Shown here one piece after another: positions 36,308-45,429 of a DNA stretch of 64,000 nucleotides. Positions within the stretch are counted from its first letter, which is position 1; each line of letters opens with the position of its first letter. Below the pieces are notes generated by a model that did not search any database, was not told the DNA's origin, and saw nothing but the letters and a program-made list of their open reading frames with translations. Origin of the DNA: Chloroflexota bacterium (GTDB lineage Bacteria > Chloroflexota > Dehalococcoidia > Bin125); assembly GCA_003228175.2 (NCBI GenBank), contig QGNQ01000006.1:2512-66511 (forward strand), written 5' to 3'. A program made the position numbers and the translations under genes.

Positions 36308-37144
36308 ATGAGCAACCAGCCGACCGACACGACCCCACTCCCCCTGCTACGGCAGTTCTACGCCTACGACCGTGACCTGCCGCTGGAGGTCGAGACCGCC
36401 CCGTTTGGGAGCGCCGACTCGCAGGCCCTACGCATGGAGCGATTCGAGATCACGTCGTCCCACGATGAGCGTGTGCCAGGACTCGTGCTCTGGGATCCGC
36501 GCCGCGAAGGACCACGGCCGGTCCTGCTGGTGGCCCATCCGGCGACCTTGGGCAAAGGCGACGAGTACGTCCTGTCCCCCGCGCATGACTGGATCGCACG
36601 CGGGGCCGTCTGCGTGACAATCGATCAAGCGGGCCACGGGGAACGCGCGCGCCGTCCGATCACCATGGAGGAGTTCACGCGCTTCCCGCAGCGTCGTGCC
36701 GCGATGGCGATCCAGACCGTGGTGGATTGGATGCGGACGCTGGACTACGTCGTGACGCGGCCGGAGATCGATCCTCGGCGGATCGGGTTCGTCGGATTCA
36801 GCATGGGCGGCATGCGGGGCGCGCCGTTCGTGGGACTGGACGCGCGCGTGGGCGCGGCCGTGTTCTGCATCAGCGGCGCCGCGAAGGGCCGGCCGACGGA
36901 CCATGCGGAGCGCTTGGCGCAGCAGATCACGGACCCGGCGACCTTCGCGCCACTGATGGATCGCCCCACCTTGGTCGTCGCCGGAGAACGCGACGACATC
37001 GTCCCGCCGGACGCCGCCCAGCGCTTCTACGACGCAATGCCAGAGCCGCGCGAGATCGCCTGGGGCGCGTACGGGCACTGGGACTTCATGCCCCAGGGCC
37101 TGGCCCCGGTCTGGCCCTTCCTGGAGCGCCACCTCTTCGACTGA
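36308..37144 (+). CDS. alpha/beta hydrolase (dienelactone-hydrolase/S9-like)
   Basis: 278 aa. Nucleophile elbow GFVGFSMGG, later ERDDIVP and GHWDF are consistent with a Ser-Asp-His triad. Confidence 0.7.
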   Translation: MSNQPTDTTPLPLLRQFYAYDRDLPLEVETAPFGSADSQALRMERFEITSSHDERVPGLVLWDPRREGPRPVLLVAHPATLGKGDEYVLSPAHDWIARGAVCVTIDQAGHGERARRPITMEEFTRFPQRRAAMAIQTVVDWMRTLDYVVTRPEIDPRRIGFVGFSMGGMRGAPFVGLDARVGAAVFCISGAAKGRPTDHAERLAQQITDPATFAPLMDRPTLVVAGERDDIVPPDAAQRFYDAMPEPREIAWGAYGHWDFMPQGLAPVWPFLERHLFD

Positions 37145-37151
37145 GGGCCGG

Positions 37152-37179
37152 GCCAGGGCCCACAAGCCAGGGCCCTCAA
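37152..37179. repeat. 14-nt tandem duplication x2
   Basis: gccagggcccacaa (37152-37165) / gccagggccctcaa (37166-37179), 8 nt after the hydrolase stop. Confidence 0.8.
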
Positions 37180-37230
37180 GCCACGAGACGGGCAGCGGGC
37201 AGACTGGGCCCGGATTGATAAGCTGCCGCC

Positions 37231-37389
37231 ATGCGACTGCGACGAAGAATCGGTATCGGCATCGGCGCGCTCCTCTTGGGGCTGCTGTTTCTCATCGCGA
37301 TCAACAGCTCGCTGGGCGTTGACCGCGACGAGACGTTCACCGACTTGCACCGCCCCCAAATCGTGGGCGAACAGGCGAACTTCGAATGA
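37231..37389 (+). CDS. 52-aa single-pass membrane peptide (below the ORF-track length cutoff)
   Basis: My translation is MRLRRRIGIGIGALLLGLLFLIAINSSLGVDRDETFTDLHRPQIVGEQANFE. Its TGA (37387-37389) overlaps the next gene's ATG 37386 as ATGA. Confidence 0.4.
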   Translation: MRLRRRIGIGIGALLLGLLFLIAINSSLGVDRDETFTDLHRPQIVGEQANFE

Positions 37390-37739
37390 GCCGCTACCTG
37401 TCGGCCGCCCTGACCTCCGAAGCATCAGGCTGGATCTCCGAGCAGTTGTTGGAGGAGGGCGCCCTCGTCCCTGCGGCCCTGGTCGAGTCGATCCTGGACC
37501 ACGAGTGGCGCGCCCTGCAGGCCGGCACGGACCCCGACGACCGGGCCGCGCTGATCGCGGCGGTCAGCGCCAGCCTGGCGGCGCAGGACGTGCGCATCCA
37601 GGCGCCGCCGGCGCCCGGCGTAGAGGCCATGCCCGCCGCGCCGCAGGCAGTCCCCGAATCGCTGATCGATCGCGTGCTGGGCTGGGAGGACGACTTCCTG
37701 GGCCTGGCCGGCGTCCGCCGGAGCGCGCCCGATGCCTAA
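37386..37739 (+). CDS. hypothetical protein (117 aa)
   Basis: ORF translationally coupled on both sides (ATGA overlap upstream, 8-nt overlap with the ferredoxin gene). Ala/Leu/Glu/Pro-rich. No family recognised. Confidence 0.5.
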   Translation: MSRYLSAALTSEASGWISEQLLEEGALVPAALVESILDHEWRALQAGTDPDDRAALIAAVSASLAAQDVRIQAPPAPGVEAMPAAPQAVPESLIDRVLGWEDDFLGLAGVRRSAPDA

Positions 37740-38049
37740 GCTCCGGATCGAGCCGTCCGGCATCGAGTTTGAGGTTCCCAGCGGGGTCACGATCATGCAG
37801 GCGGCGCGGGACGCCGGCTACTTCTGGCCCAACCAATGCGACATGCAGTCTCGTTGCTCAAACTGCTTCTTCCGCGTCGTTGAGGGCCTGGCGGCCTTGT
37901 CGCCCATGGGGCGGGCGGAGCAGGGCACGCTGCTGGAGCAGCGCGGCCGCAAGTCCCTCAACGAGCCCGTCCGCCTCGGTTGCCAGGTCCGGATCGACGC
38001 GGATGTCCTGATCCACAAGATCGGCGTGCGCGAGGACCCCTTCGCCTAG
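37732..38049 (+). CDS. [2Fe-2S] ferredoxin (C-x5-C-x2-C ... C type)
   Basis: 105 aa. CDMQSRCSNC plus a distal Cys in RLGCQV (38-residue spacing) and the beta-grasp start KLRIEPSGIEFEVPSGVTIMQAA. Confidence 0.75.
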   Translation: MPKLRIEPSGIEFEVPSGVTIMQAARDAGYFWPNQCDMQSRCSNCFFRVVEGLAALSPMGRAEQGTLLEQRGRKSLNEPVRLGCQVRIDADVLIHKIGVREDPFA

Positions 38050-38159
38050 CGTCGATCTCCCGCGACCCGCGCCGCATACAGCACTCCAATACCACTTGCG
38101 CGTCGGCCTATGCTTGGCCGACGCGCGCAGCCCTGCAACGACCCGACGGGAGTGCACAC

Positions 38160-39089
38160 ATGGAGATGGGACGGCTGGAAGCCTTCATCCAGGTGGCGAC
38201 AAAGCTGTCGTTCTCGCGGGCGGCGGAGGGGCTGTACCTCACGCAACCCACAGTCACGGCGCGCATCCAGGGCCTGGAACGCGAGCTGGGCGAACCCCTG
38301 TTCGAGCGAATGGGGCGCACCATTCGCCTCACCGACGCCGGTCAGGCGTTCCTGCCCTACGCCCAGCGGGCCTTGCAATCCGTGGCCGAGGGGCGCGACG
38401 CGCTCAGCAGCCTGCGCAACGTGGACAGCGGCAGCCTGACCATTGGCACCGCACCGACCGTCGGCACGTACGTCCTGCCGGGAATCCTGCAGCAGCTGAG
38501 CGAGCGCCATCCGGGCGTGGAGGTCTCGATCCGCACCGGCCGCTCCGAGGAAGTGCAGGCCATGGTCCTGGCGGACGAGGTCCAGGTCGGCTTTGAGCGC
38601 TACCTCACGCATCCCGATATCGAGTCCGTTCCGCTGTACGAGGACGACATCGCGCTGATGGCCAGCGCGCGCCACCCGCTCGCGACGCGCGGGCGCACCA
38701 CCGTCTCAGAAGTCGCGCGGGAGCCGGTCATCTTCTTCGACGTGCACTCCTCCTATCACGCGATCAGCCAGGCGATCTTCCGCGAGCAGGGCGTCACGCC
38801 CCGCCACAGTCTGGACGTGGACAACCTGGAGATGGCGAAACACCTCGTCTTGCGAGGGCTGGGGCTGGCCTTCCTGCCGCGCCTGGCCGTGCAGCAGGAG
38901 TTGGCGGCCGGATCGCTGGTGGCGATCGAGATCAGCGGGACGGAGCCGTTGCGCCGCCGTATCGCATTAATCTACCGCAAGCGACGCTTGCAGAGCCGAG
39001 CCACGATGGCCCTGCTGGCCCTCTTGGACGAGATCTACCGCTTCGAATACGCGAACCCCACCGGGGGCCAGGCAAACGTGGGCGGCTAA
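38160..39089 (+). CDS. LysR-family transcriptional regulator
   Basis: Track ORF 37980..39089, with an in-frame ATG at 38160. HTH LEAFIQVATKLSFSRAAEGLYLTQPTVTARIQGLERELGEPLFER, then a LysR substrate-binding domain. Confidence 0.9.
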   Translation: MEMGRLEAFIQVATKLSFSRAAEGLYLTQPTVTARIQGLERELGEPLFERMGRTIRLTDAGQAFLPYAQRALQSVAEGRDALSSLRNVDSGSLTIGTAPTVGTYVLPGILQQLSERHPGVEVSIRTGRSEEVQAMVLADEVQVGFERYLTHPDIESVPLYEDDIALMASARHPLATRGRTTVSEVAREPVIFFDVHSSYHAISQAIFREQGVTPRHSLDVDNLEMAKHLVLRGLGLAFLPRLAVQQELAAGSLVAIEISGTEPLRRRIALIYRKRRLQSRATMALLALLDEIYRFEYANPTGGQANVGG

Positions 39090-40210
39090 GCCTCCGTCTT
39101 CGCTGCGCGTTTCTTCGCGGACGACTTTCGCGCCCCTGTCTTCGTGGCGGCGTTGCTCTTGGGGGCGGCTTTCCTCTTCGTGGCGGCTTTCGTCTTGGTA
39201 CCCACTTTGGTCCCGGTCTTCCCGCGCTTCTTCGCCGACGTCTTCCCGACCGTCCCCGTCGCCTTCTTGGCGGTTTTCTCGCCGCCGCCCTCAGGCTTCT
39301 TGGGGATCCGAGGCAAACGCTTGCCCTCGCGCAGCGCTTTGAGCACGCGCAGATTCAGCGCGTCCGGCCCGCCACCCTCGTAGCCCGGAACCTCCAGCAG
39401 CCAGGTGGCCGATCGAAAGGCATCGAACGCGAGCAGGTTGCGGAAGCCACCCACGCCGATCGTGCCCCAGCCCACGTTCTCGTGCCGGTCGCGGCCCGAC
39501 CCCAACGGGGTCTTGGAATCGTTGGCGTGCACCGCGACCAGCGCATCGCTGCCAACCTCCCGATCGAACTCCGCCATCGCCTCGTCGAGCGCGGCGGCGT
39601 CGGTCAGGTCGTAGCCGGCGGCATGCGCATGGCAAGTATCGAAACAGACGCGAACCCGATCGTTGCCAACCGCCTCACGAATCGCCCCCAGCTCCGCGAA
39701 GCGCGAACCGATACTGTCGCCGCCGCCGGCGTTGTTCTCCAGGCACAGCCAGACGTTGGGCGGCGACTCCGCCAGCACCTCGCGAATCGCCTGCGCGATC
39801 TGCGGCAGCACCGCATCGAAACCGGCCCCCTTGTGGCTACCAACGTGGAAGATCACGCCGGCCACGCCCAGCCCGCCCGCGAGCTGCATGTCGGCGCTCA
39901 GCGACGCGATGCCCTTCGTAAGGTGCTCCGAATCGGCTGTGGCCAGGTTCACCAGATAGATGCCGTGCATGAAGTTCGGACCAATGCCGGCCTGGGTCAT
40001 GCCCTCGCGGAACGCGTCGATATCAGTCTGCGGATGCGTTTTCCGGCGCCACTGCTGCGGCGCCGCCCCGAACACCTGGACGGCCTCCGCCTTCATCTTG
40101 GTCGCGTGACCCACAGCCAGATCGATGTGGCCCGCGCTCGAGACGTGTGCGCCCAGAATCGGTCCAGGCGTCGGCGGGGTGGGGCCAGCCGGCGTGCGTG
40201 AAGTGGGCAT
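39086..40210 (-). CDS. nfo: deoxyribonuclease IV (endonuclease IV) fused to a Lys/Ala/Thr/Gly-rich C-terminal tail
   Basis: ILGAHVSSAGHIDLAV..., IFHVGSH, CLENNAGGG, CFDTCHAHAAGYD and HANDSK are Endo IV metal-site blocks. The last about 75 aa are KKPEGGGEKTAKKATGTVGKTSAKKRGKTGTKVGTKTKAATKRKAAPKSNAATKTGARKSSAKKRAAKTEA. Confidence 0.88.
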   Translation of the reverse strand: MPTSRTPAGPTPPTPGPILGAHVSSAGHIDLAVGHATKMKAEAVQVFGAAPQQWRRKTHPQTDIDAFREGMTQAGIGPNFMHGIYLVNLATADSEHLTKGIASLSADMQLAGGLGVAGVIFHVGSHKGAGFDAVLPQIAQAIREVLAESPPNVWLCLENNAGGGDSIGSRFAELGAIREAVGNDRVRVCFDTCHAHAAGYDLTDAAALDEAMAEFDREVGSDALVAVHANDSKTPLGSGRDRHENVGWGTIGVGGFRNLLAFDAFRSATWLLEVPGYEGGGPDALNLRVLKALREGKRLPRIPKKPEGGGEKTAKKATGTVGKTSAKKRGKTGTKVGTKTKAATKRKAAPKSNAATKTGARKSSAKKRAAKTEA

Positions 40211-40219
40211 GCGCCCAGT

Positions 40220-41743
40220 CTATTGCTGCAGCCCGGCGCTCGTGCTCGCGCCGGCCGACGACGACCCCTGGGTCGCGGTCCGCCAGTCAAGATAGCGACG
40301 CATCGCGAGCGCGCATGCGCCGACGCTCTCGAAGACCGCCACGCCCGCATCGCCCAACTGCTGCTGGAGGCGGATACCCAAATCGACGCCAGCCGACGTG
40401 CGCGGCGCACGCAAGACAACGGCAAGCGGCACGCTGACTTCCGTGGCCGCGCTCAGCAAGCGGTCTCGCAGCCCCTCCTCGAAACCGGCGTCGGCGGCGC
40501 TGCCGCCGGCGGGCAGGTTATCGATGTTGGCCTGCAAGATGACGAAGTCAATCTGTGGGTCGTCGCTGACGGCCTTCAGGGCGGGCAGGAAGTCGTCGCT
40601 GTCCCAGGGGACATCGGAGTCCACGGGGTTGCGAATGCTGTTCCCGGCCGGGGGCAGATAGGCGCTGAGGCGCTCTTGCGTCGTCTCGCTGAGTGGCGGC
40701 AGCTCCAGACCTGCGCGGGCGATGGCGTCCGCCGCCAGGACGGAGTGCCCACCGCCGCGCCCCACAAGCGCCACCCCCCGCCCCCGCACGCCGCCGAGGC
40801 GTTCCGCGACGACGGCGATGTCCAGCAACTCGTCGTTGCTGGTCACCTCGATCAGCTTGGTCTGCCGCACGACCGCCTGCCAGACCTCGGCCGAGCCTGC
40901 CAAGCTGCCCGTGTGGCTCGCCGCGGCCCGGCCACCCGCCTCCGTGGCGCCGCCCTTGAGCACCACGAACGGCTTCCGCGCCGCCAACCGTCGGGCCAGC
41001 GGGACGAAGCGACGGCCGTCCTTGATCCCCTCGAGGTAGGCCAGCACCACATCCGTGTCCGCATCGTCGGCGAGGTAGTCGAGCAGGTCGGACTCGTTCA
41101 GGTCGACAGCGTTGCCGTAGGAGGCGACGTAGCTGAAGCGAACGCTGCGCGGCTGCGCCCGCATCACGACCTCGCTGGCGTTCGCGCCGCTCTGCGAGAG
41201 CATCGCCACCCGGCCCGGCCGCGGGTCGGCGTCCTCCATCCAGCTCACCCCGCCGATCGGCGTGTGCACGCCCATGCAGTTCGGGCCCAGCAGACGGATG
41301 CCGTAGGCCTTCGCGCGGCGCAGGAGTTCGTCGCCCAACGCCGCGCGATCGGCCAGTCCCGTCTCGCCGAAGCCGGCGGTCACCAGGTGCATCACGCGCA
41401 CCCCCTTTTCGGCCGCCTGGTCGATCAAGTCCAGCACCGCGTGGGCGGGGATCACCGAGATCAAGTAGTCGACTTCGTCCGGGACATCGCGCAGCGACGG
41501 GTACAACCGGGTGCCGGAGCGAAGGACCCCGCCGCGCGGGTTGAGCCCGTAGAACCGCTGCACGACCCCGTACTGGCGGATCATCTTGAACCAGCGCATG
41601 CCGTTGAACGTCGCTTTGGGGCGAATCGAGACTCCGGCCACAGCGGCGGAGCGCGGGTGAAACGCGATCTGGAGCGCCTCACGCCCCGAGAGCGCTTGCT
41701 TCACCCCGAGCGCGGGCCGATCCGGTCCGGTCTGCTCGACCAT
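40220..41743 (-). CDS. CoA-binding, ADP-forming acyl-CoA synthetase alpha-like protein
   Basis: 507 aa. SAAVAGVS..., YPSLRDVPDEVDYLISVIPA, LLGPNCMGV and SQSGA resemble the succinyl-CoA-synthetase-like alpha part of NDP-forming acetyl-CoA synthetases. No ATP-grasp partner is adjacent. Confidence 0.7.
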   Translation of the reverse strand: MVEQTGPDRPALGVKQALSGREALQIAFHPRSAAVAGVSIRPKATFNGMRWFKMIRQYGVVQRFYGLNPRGGVLRSGTRLYPSLRDVPDEVDYLISVIPAHAVLDLIDQAAEKGVRVMHLVTAGFGETGLADRAALGDELLRRAKAYGIRLLGPNCMGVHTPIGGVSWMEDADPRPGRVAMLSQSGANASEVVMRAQPRSVRFSYVASYGNAVDLNESDLLDYLADDADTDVVLAYLEGIKDGRRFVPLARRLAARKPFVVLKGGATEAGGRAAASHTGSLAGSAEVWQAVVRQTKLIEVTSNDELLDIAVVAERLGGVRGRGVALVGRGGGHSVLAADAIARAGLELPPLSETTQERLSAYLPPAGNSIRNPVDSDVPWDSDDFLPALKAVSDDPQIDFVILQANIDNLPAGGSAADAGFEEGLRDRLLSAATEVSVPLAVVLRAPRTSAGVDLGIRLQQQLGDAGVAVFESVGACALAMRRYLDWRTATQGSSSAGASTSAGLQQ

Positions 41744-41818
41744 TCGCGCCCCTTTCTCGATTCCGCTCGAACGATCGACCCAGCCGTCACGGCGGCCGCA
41801 CCTGAGCCTCGCAGCGCC

Positions 41819-42316
41819 TCAGCGACGGCCTAGCGTGCGTTGGATCTGTCGTAGGTGGAAGAGCTGATGATCCGCCGCCGTCAGCAGCATCGTGCGGAAC
41901 GACATGTCCAGCGCGTCGTCGTCGAGCAGGAGGTTGGCGGGCTCTCGCAGCTGGGGCGCGGTCATCCCGCTGAGCAGCGCCTCGGTCTCCTCCCGCACCG
42001 CGCCCAAGGCCCAACGCAATTCGTTCTCGTCCGGGCGCTGCTCCGGGTCGGGCAGGGGTACGACATCGACAGGAGGCTGAGGCAGCCCCGGCGCGACCGC
42101 CCGGCGCAGCTCCGTCAGCTGCGGCAGCAACCAGCGCTCGGCGTGCAGCACGTGCAGCACAATCTCCCGGACGGACCATTCGTCATCGCCCAGGCGCACG
42201 TCCAAGTCGGCCCCATCAACACCGTCGAGCAGCGCCGACAGCTCCGCCAGGTTCTCCGCGAGCACCGCGCGCAGCAGGCCGGGGTCGTTGAGCGAGGGGG
42301 GATCGGATGCGGGCAT
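41819..42316 (-). CDS. DinB-family protein
   Basis: 165 aa. WSVREIVLHVLHAERW... and C-terminal ADHQLFHLRQI are typical DinB_2-like His motifs. Confidence 0.7.
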   Translation of the reverse strand: MPASDPPSLNDPGLLRAVLAENLAELSALLDGVDGADLDVRLGDDEWSVREIVLHVLHAERWLLPQLTELRRAVAPGLPQPPVDVVPLPDPEQRPDENELRWALGAVREETEALLSGMTAPQLREPANLLLDDDALDMSFRTMLLTAADHQLFHLRQIQRTLGRR

Positions 42317-42358
42317 CAGGTACAGATCACGCAGTCGCCCGCTCGCTCATGGATCCCG

Positions 42359-42580
42359 CTACTCACTCACCGCGCGAATGTCGGCGTTCGTCGCATCATA
42401 GACTTCCCCGTCGGCGGCAACGCGCATTTCGGAGTGCAGATCGAAGTGCAGCACCGCGTTGGCGCGCTCTTCCCCATCAAGGCGAATGCAGCGAAACCCA
42501 CGCGGGCCCACACCCAACCCGACGATCTCGATCAGCGTCAGCCTGGGGGCGGCATCCGGGCGGGGGGTGGGCTCGGTCAT
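42359..42580 (-). CDS. hypothetical small protein (73 aa)
   Basis: Only the last 73 codons of track ORF 42359..43351 avoid the clearly coding plus-strand DUF309 and dut genes. ATG 42580 gives MTEPTPRPDAAPRLTLIEIVGLGV.... Same strand, 42 nt upstream of the DinB gene. Confidence 0.35.
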   Translation of the reverse strand: MTEPTPRPDAAPRLTLIEIVGLGVGPRGFRCIRLDGEERANAVLHFDLHSEMRVAADGEVYDATNADIRAVSE

Positions 42581-42640
42581 GGCATGAGTCTCCAGTAGCC
42601 TCGCTGCGCGGTCAAAAAGCGGAACAGCAGGGAGGACCGG

Positions 42641-43075
42641 ATGGCGGTCGTGGAGTCGTTCCCCACGCGGGCGCAGCAGATCGCGCTGGAAGCCAGCGTA
42701 GGCGCCCAGGCGCGAGCCGGGCTGCGCGAGGGCGCGGCGCTCTTCGATGTCGGGCGCTTCTGGGACGCACACGAAGCCTGGGAGGACATTTGGCAAGTGG
42801 AGCCACGACTGATCCGCTCCTTCTACCAGGGCCTCATCCAGGTCGCGGCCGGCTTCCACCATTGGACCGTGACACGACGCCCACGTGGGGTGCAAATACT
42901 GCTGGGCGCCGGTGTCGACAAACTGGCCTGGTACGCCCCCGGCTATCTCGGCGTCGACGTGCAGGCCACGATCGATGACGCATCGCGGCTGCGATCCCTG
43001 GCCGAGGGCCACGACGCGGCCTGGCTGGACGCCTTCCCGCGTGATCGCTTCCCCCAGTTTCACTGGCTGCCGTAG
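42641..43075 (+). CDS. DUF309-domain protein
   Basis: GGGAGGA before ATG 42641. GAALFDVGRFWDAHEAWEDIW is the DUF309 signature. Confidence 0.7.
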   Translation: MAVVESFPTRAQQIALEASVGAQARAGLREGAALFDVGRFWDAHEAWEDIWQVEPRLIRSFYQGLIQVAAGFHHWTVTRRPRGVQILLGAGVDKLAWYAPGYLGVDVQATIDDASRLRSLAEGHDAAWLDAFPRDRFPQFHWLP

Positions 43076-43085
43076 GCTCGGCGCG

Positions 43086-43544
43086 ATGCCTGACGACCCA
43101 TCCTCCACGCCGCCGCCGTTGCGCGTGCAACGCCTGCGCGAGACCGCCCTGCTTCCCCGTCGGGCAACGCCGCACAGCTCCGGCCTCGACGTCTTCGCCG
43201 ACTTCGGCCACGCCGACGGGGCCGCGCTGCTGGACGAAACGCCGCAGCTGATCCCCACAGGCCTCGCGATCGCCGTCCCGCCCGGCTTCGAGGTGCAGAT
43301 CCGGCCCCGCTCAGGCTTGTCGCGTCGCGGCGTAGTGGTCGCCTTCGGCACCGTCGACGCCGACTATCGCGGTGAGGTCCGCATCAACATGTCGTACCCC
43401 CGCGGCGGGCGCTTTCGCGTGCGGCAAGGCGAGCGGATCGCACAATTCGTCGTCGCGCCGGTGGCGCTGTCCGCGGTGCTGGAGGTCACGCAGCTGTCCG
43501 ACACCGAGCGCGGCGACGGCGGCTTCGGCTCCACCGGTCGCTAG
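43086..43544 (+). CDS. dut: dUTP diphosphatase
   Basis: Track ORF 42885..43544, with an in-frame ATG at 43086. SSGLDVFA, IRPRSGL, GTVDADYRGEV and the C-terminal RGDGGFGSTG motif 5. Confidence 0.88.
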   Translation: MPDDPSSTPPPLRVQRLRETALLPRRATPHSSGLDVFADFGHADGAALLDETPQLIPTGLAIAVPPGFEVQIRPRSGLSRRGVVVAFGTVDADYRGEVRINMSYPRGGRFRVRQGERIAQFVVAPVALSAVLEVTQLSDTERGDGGFGSTGR

Positions 43545-43664
43545 GGCGCTCGGGAACCGGGCCATGCGGGCGGTCGTCTGGTGAAATAGCGCCCGGCGGA
43601 TCCCCCGTATGAGCAGGGTGAACGCTACAGTGACTCCGGTGGTGGGGTCGGCGCTGGAGCCCGC

Positions 43665-45407
43665 ATGCCCCGTCGTGGATTGATCTCGCTCCTCCTGGTC
43701 TCGGCGTTCGCGCTGATCGCTGCTGCGTGCGGCGGCGCCGAAGACGACCCCGTCCTCAACGAAGACGCCACGGTCGAGTCGCAGGACAGCGGCGACGACC
43801 GTGATCTGCCTGCCACTGAAGACCAGCCCACGTCCCCCACCGTGCGCGACGTGCCGGACACCAACGCCACCACCGAGCCCGCGGACGACGGCGCCACAAC
43901 CGAGGTGGAACGACCGTCCGCGCCCGGCGGCACCACCGTTCAACCGGCCACCGACGCCACCACCACCCCAGCGACCACCGCCGACGGCACCTACACCGTG
44001 CAGGCGGGCGACACCCTGGGCAACATCGCTTTTCGCTTCGGCACGACGGCGGCGGTCCTTGCCGACCTGAACGCGCTAACGAATCCCGACTCGCTGACCA
44101 TCGGCCAGGTGCTGGTGCTGCCCGGCGGGCAGGCGCCGGCCGACGAGGAGGGCGCCACCGTCGCCGATCCAGGCGATGGCGACGCCACCGATGATGGCGA
44201 TGGGGACGCCGTAGGCGATGGCAACGACGCGGGGGACACGGGCGATGACCCACCGCCGGCGCCGCCCATCGCGGGCGCGGGGCTCTCACCCGGCGGGATT
44301 CCGCAGCCCGGCCCAGGCATCACCTTTGACGCCCTGCCCACCCGCCCGACCGCGCTGAGCGACTTCGCCACGACGGCCCTGCCCTGGCTGCAGGACCGCA
44401 CCTCGCCGAGCGAGATCCAAGACCTCTTCATCGACTGGAGCATGCCGCCCTTGGCGCAAGGCGACCGCTTCTTCCTGGTCGACACGGACGCCGACGGCCT
44501 CTTCAGCCTGGTCGCGATTTTCACGGACCCCAACCAGCCCCAGCGCGGCCCGCTCACCGACGCCAACATCGTCGTTTACGACCCGGTCCCCGACCAGCCG
44601 ACGCGCTGGCGGCAGGCCTACGACCACAACCTCGCCAACCCGCTCGCCGGGCAGGACTACTTCGTGCTGGGCGTGGACGACGTCACCGGCGACGGTCAAC
44701 GTGACATCACCTACGCGGAGGTCTTCTGCGGAGCCAGCACCTGCACCACCGTCGTGCACGTGCTGGTCCGCAACGGCGATGGCTATCGCGACGCCGCCAC
44801 GCCGCGCATCGAGATCGCTACCGCGACCACCTTCGAGCTCGCCGATCTCACCGGTGACGGCGTCGCCGACCTCGCCGTCGAAGGCGGCACCTTCGCCAGC
44901 GTTGGCGCCGGTCCGCCACGGCCCTTCGAGTTCCTCTACAGCGGGGTGGGCGGCAACTTCATCGAGATCCTGCGCTTCGGCCTGCCCACCACGTTCCAGA
45001 TCTGGGTGATCGCGGACGCCAACAGCGCCTTCAACGCCGGCGACTACGCTGCTGCGCTCGCCGCCTACACCCAAGCGGCAACGGACGGCAGCCTGGACGC
45101 ATTCGTGCCCGGGGCGGGGCCCGAATTGGTCGCGCTGGCGCAACTGCGTTCTGCAATCGCCCAAGTGCAACTGGCCGACCCAACCAGCGCCGCGGCATCC
45201 GCCCAGGCCGCCTCCGCCGCCGGCGGACTGATGGGGGAGCTCGCCTCCGCCTACCTGGGCGCGATCATCGCCCAGCCGGACGCGACACTCGGCTGCGCCG
45301 CCCTGAACGACGCGCTGGCGCTGCGCGTGGGCGAGTGGGACGCGTTCTGGGAGCAGTTCGGCTTCGGGATCCCGGCCTTCCGCGCGGAGCAACTCTGCCC
45401 CTTCTAG
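43665..45407 (+). CDS. LysM-domain lipoprotein with FG-GAP/VCBS-like repeats
   Basis: Lipobox FALIAAAC. LysM YTVQAGDTLGNIAFRFG...IGQVLVLPG. Acidic linker. DxDxDG-type repeats (DTDADGLFS, DDVTGDGQRDI, ADLTGDGVADL). Confidence 0.7.
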   Translation: MPRRGLISLLLVSAFALIAAACGGAEDDPVLNEDATVESQDSGDDRDLPATEDQPTSPTVRDVPDTNATTEPADDGATTEVERPSAPGGTTVQPATDATTTPATTADGTYTVQAGDTLGNIAFRFGTTAAVLADLNALTNPDSLTIGQVLVLPGGQAPADEEGATVADPGDGDATDDGDGDAVGDGNDAGDTGDDPPPAPPIAGAGLSPGGIPQPGPGITFDALPTRPTALSDFATTALPWLQDRTSPSEIQDLFIDWSMPPLAQGDRFFLVDTDADGLFSLVAIFTDPNQPQRGPLTDANIVVYDPVPDQPTRWRQAYDHNLANPLAGQDYFVLGVDDVTGDGQRDITYAEVFCGASTCTTVVHVLVRNGDGYRDAATPRIEIATATTFELADLTGDGVADLAVEGGTFASVGAGPPRPFEFLYSGVGGNFIEILRFGLPTTFQIWVIADANSAFNAGDYAAALAAYTQAATDGSLDAFVPGAGPELVALAQLRSAIAQVQLADPTSAAASAQAASAAGGLMGELASAYLGAIIAQPDATLGCAALNDALALRVGEWDAFWEQFGFGIPAFRAEQLCPF

Positions 45408-45429
45408 CGCCCCCACCTAACGCTGCCGT

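Noticed and set aside
42581-43351. Upstream 257 codons of track ORF 42359..43351 (minus strand).
   Set aside because: This stretch overlaps the plus-strand DUF309 (42641-43075) and dut (43086-43544) genes, which have clear signatures. Only the last 73 codons fall in otherwise unassigned DNA.
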